64,000 nt of DNA, taken from positions 136,216,001-136,280,000 of the forward strand of contig CM059432.1 in NCBI GenBank assembly GCA_030390025.1, read 5' to 3'. Both the position numbers and the translations under genes were made by a program. The notes beneath the pieces are model-generated. The model was not told the DNA's origin, made no database searches, and was given only the letters and a program-made list of their open reading frames with translations. The DNA comes from Squalus acanthias. Lineage: Eukaryota. Position 1 is the first letter of the stretch. Each line of letters starts with the position of its first letter. This document shows positions 62,424 to 64,000 of the stretch, one piece after another.

Positions 62424-63536
62424 GTGATCATTGTAAGTATCCTGACAAAGGTTTTGCCTATTGTGCACACTAGCTGTTTAAAGGCATGTTACTTTGCAAT
62501 GTTGTTTTGTGCTCTGAGTCCAGCATTCAGACTGGTGACCTCGCCTTAGGTCAAACTGAACCGCACAGACAAACTGAACGTCAGCCAGAACCGCCCCGCA
62601 TTAGCCACAGAATTAACTGGGCTCTGCCAAAGGCAATAATTCACAGTTTGAAGCACAGATTAAGCATAGCTGTGCGACTAGATTTTGAAGTCATGTTCTG
62701 AGCTATACCGCATAACTGAAGGAAGGAAAATGAAATCAAATGATGTGGCCTTTTCACAATTAGTAACTACTTTTTCCACCACACTTCTTTCAGCAGCTGT
62801 GAGGGGTTTGGACGGTCCGATTGAAAGAATGGTCTTGGCTGCAAACTTCCCCATTTATTGTTGTTAAAGTCACTCCAGATCTGCTCAATATAAGGAACAC
62901 TCTTGATATCAGATAGGACTGGTCCAGCCAGTTTTTCTTTGGCTTCCTTCCTTCCTTGACAGGGATGGAACATTCCACTGCAGTAGAGACTTCCATCTAG
63001 TGACCTAGCTGAGAACTAGTGAAAGTGGAACTCAGTGTTAGATTGAACCGCGAATTCAAGGAATGCCAATATTATAATTAAACACCATAGAACGAATTAA
63101 AGATGTTCAACATCTCACCTGGTGCAGTATTGATGTGCAGCCATTGGAGGGCACCAGTACGATTACTAAAGGGCCGCTTTGAACTCCCCGCGGGAGTTGT
63201 GTGGGCAAGGGGCAAAGGCGGACATCAAATGATCCGGCCCTCCGCAACGTGAGGCCTGGGAGATTTTAACTCCTGGGCCTCATCCGCATAGGCCCCAACA
63301 GTCTCCCGCCCGAACCTGGCGGAAAGTGATAGCTTGCCAGCGGGATTTTGGGGCATCAGGAGGCCGCCGCTGAGGACCTGAAGGAATAGTTTCCCAGCAA
63401 GTGGTTGGGGGGGTGGGGTGGGGGGGGGAGGGGAAGGTTGGGAGGCCATCACGGTTGGGGGAGGGGAAGGAAAGCCTCGGGAGGGGAGGCCCAAGGGTTC
63501 CTTGTAGGTAAGGATGACAGCAGGAATGGAAATTTT

Positions 63537-63940
63537 AATTATGAGGAGAAGCTTGTGATACTGGGACAATACCTACTGGACCTAAGGGAAGCTAAGAGGA
63601 GATTTGATAAGAATTTCTTTTTCAGTTATGAAGAATTTTGAGAAGGTGGATGAGGAAAAATGATTTCCTCTGGTTGGGGAGTCAGTGACAAGGGTCATAA
63701 ATTTAAAATTACAAAGTGTGAGGAGAGATGTTAGGCAAGAGCTGTAGGCGCATGGAATATTTTGCCACAGGGTGTGGTTGAGGCAACCCCGTTGCATTTT
63801 TTAAGGGTTAAATATTTGAAGCAGAGGAAGGTATAGGGCTATGGGGAGAGAGCAGAGCTGTGGAATTAATGTTGGATTGCTGTAGCTAAAGGCCAACACA
63901 GATCTGATGGGCCAAATTGCCTCCTGCACTGTAACTTTTT
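63537..63940 (+). mobile_element. Degenerate CR1 3' fragment
   Basis: NYEEKL..LG, FPLVGESVTRGHK-like remnants and a GATGGGCCAAATTGCCTCCTGCACTGTAA 3' end. Confidence 0.75.
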
Positions 63941-64000
63941 ATGGGGCTATATTTCTACCTCCTTTGAAGATCAGAGATTAGTTCTGAATCACCAGGCAAT

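Overview
Eukaryotic, repeat-dense DNA, most likely from a cartilaginous fish (shark or ray). That assignment is inferred from HE1/V-SINE-like and SacSINE1/DeuSINE-like SINEs and elasmobranch-type CR1 LINEs. I could not support any host protein-coding gene. Main contents: (1) a nearly intact two-gene PIF/Harbinger DNA transposon at 1-3827, with a spliced Myb/SANT gene and a convergent DDE transposase, each disabled by only 1-2 point lesions; (2) more than a dozen Harbinger-type MITEs and deletion derivatives with GG(G)-starting TIRs and 3-bp TSDs, often nested; (3) CR1 LINEs, one with an uninterrupted 927-aa ORF2 and one full-length copy with 73-bp 5' monomers, plus L2 and Penelope fragments, the latter carrying minimal hammerhead ribozyme motifs; (4) a ~9.3-kb inverted duplication (32673-41929 vs 44217-53563, spacer 2.3 kb) whose derived copy has a 14-nt junction signature suggesting a circular intermediate or template switching; (5) a 17-bp GC-rich minisatellite, a foldback element and several repeat-free stretches that may be conserved non-coding elements. 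Family names come from pattern recognition, not database searches.
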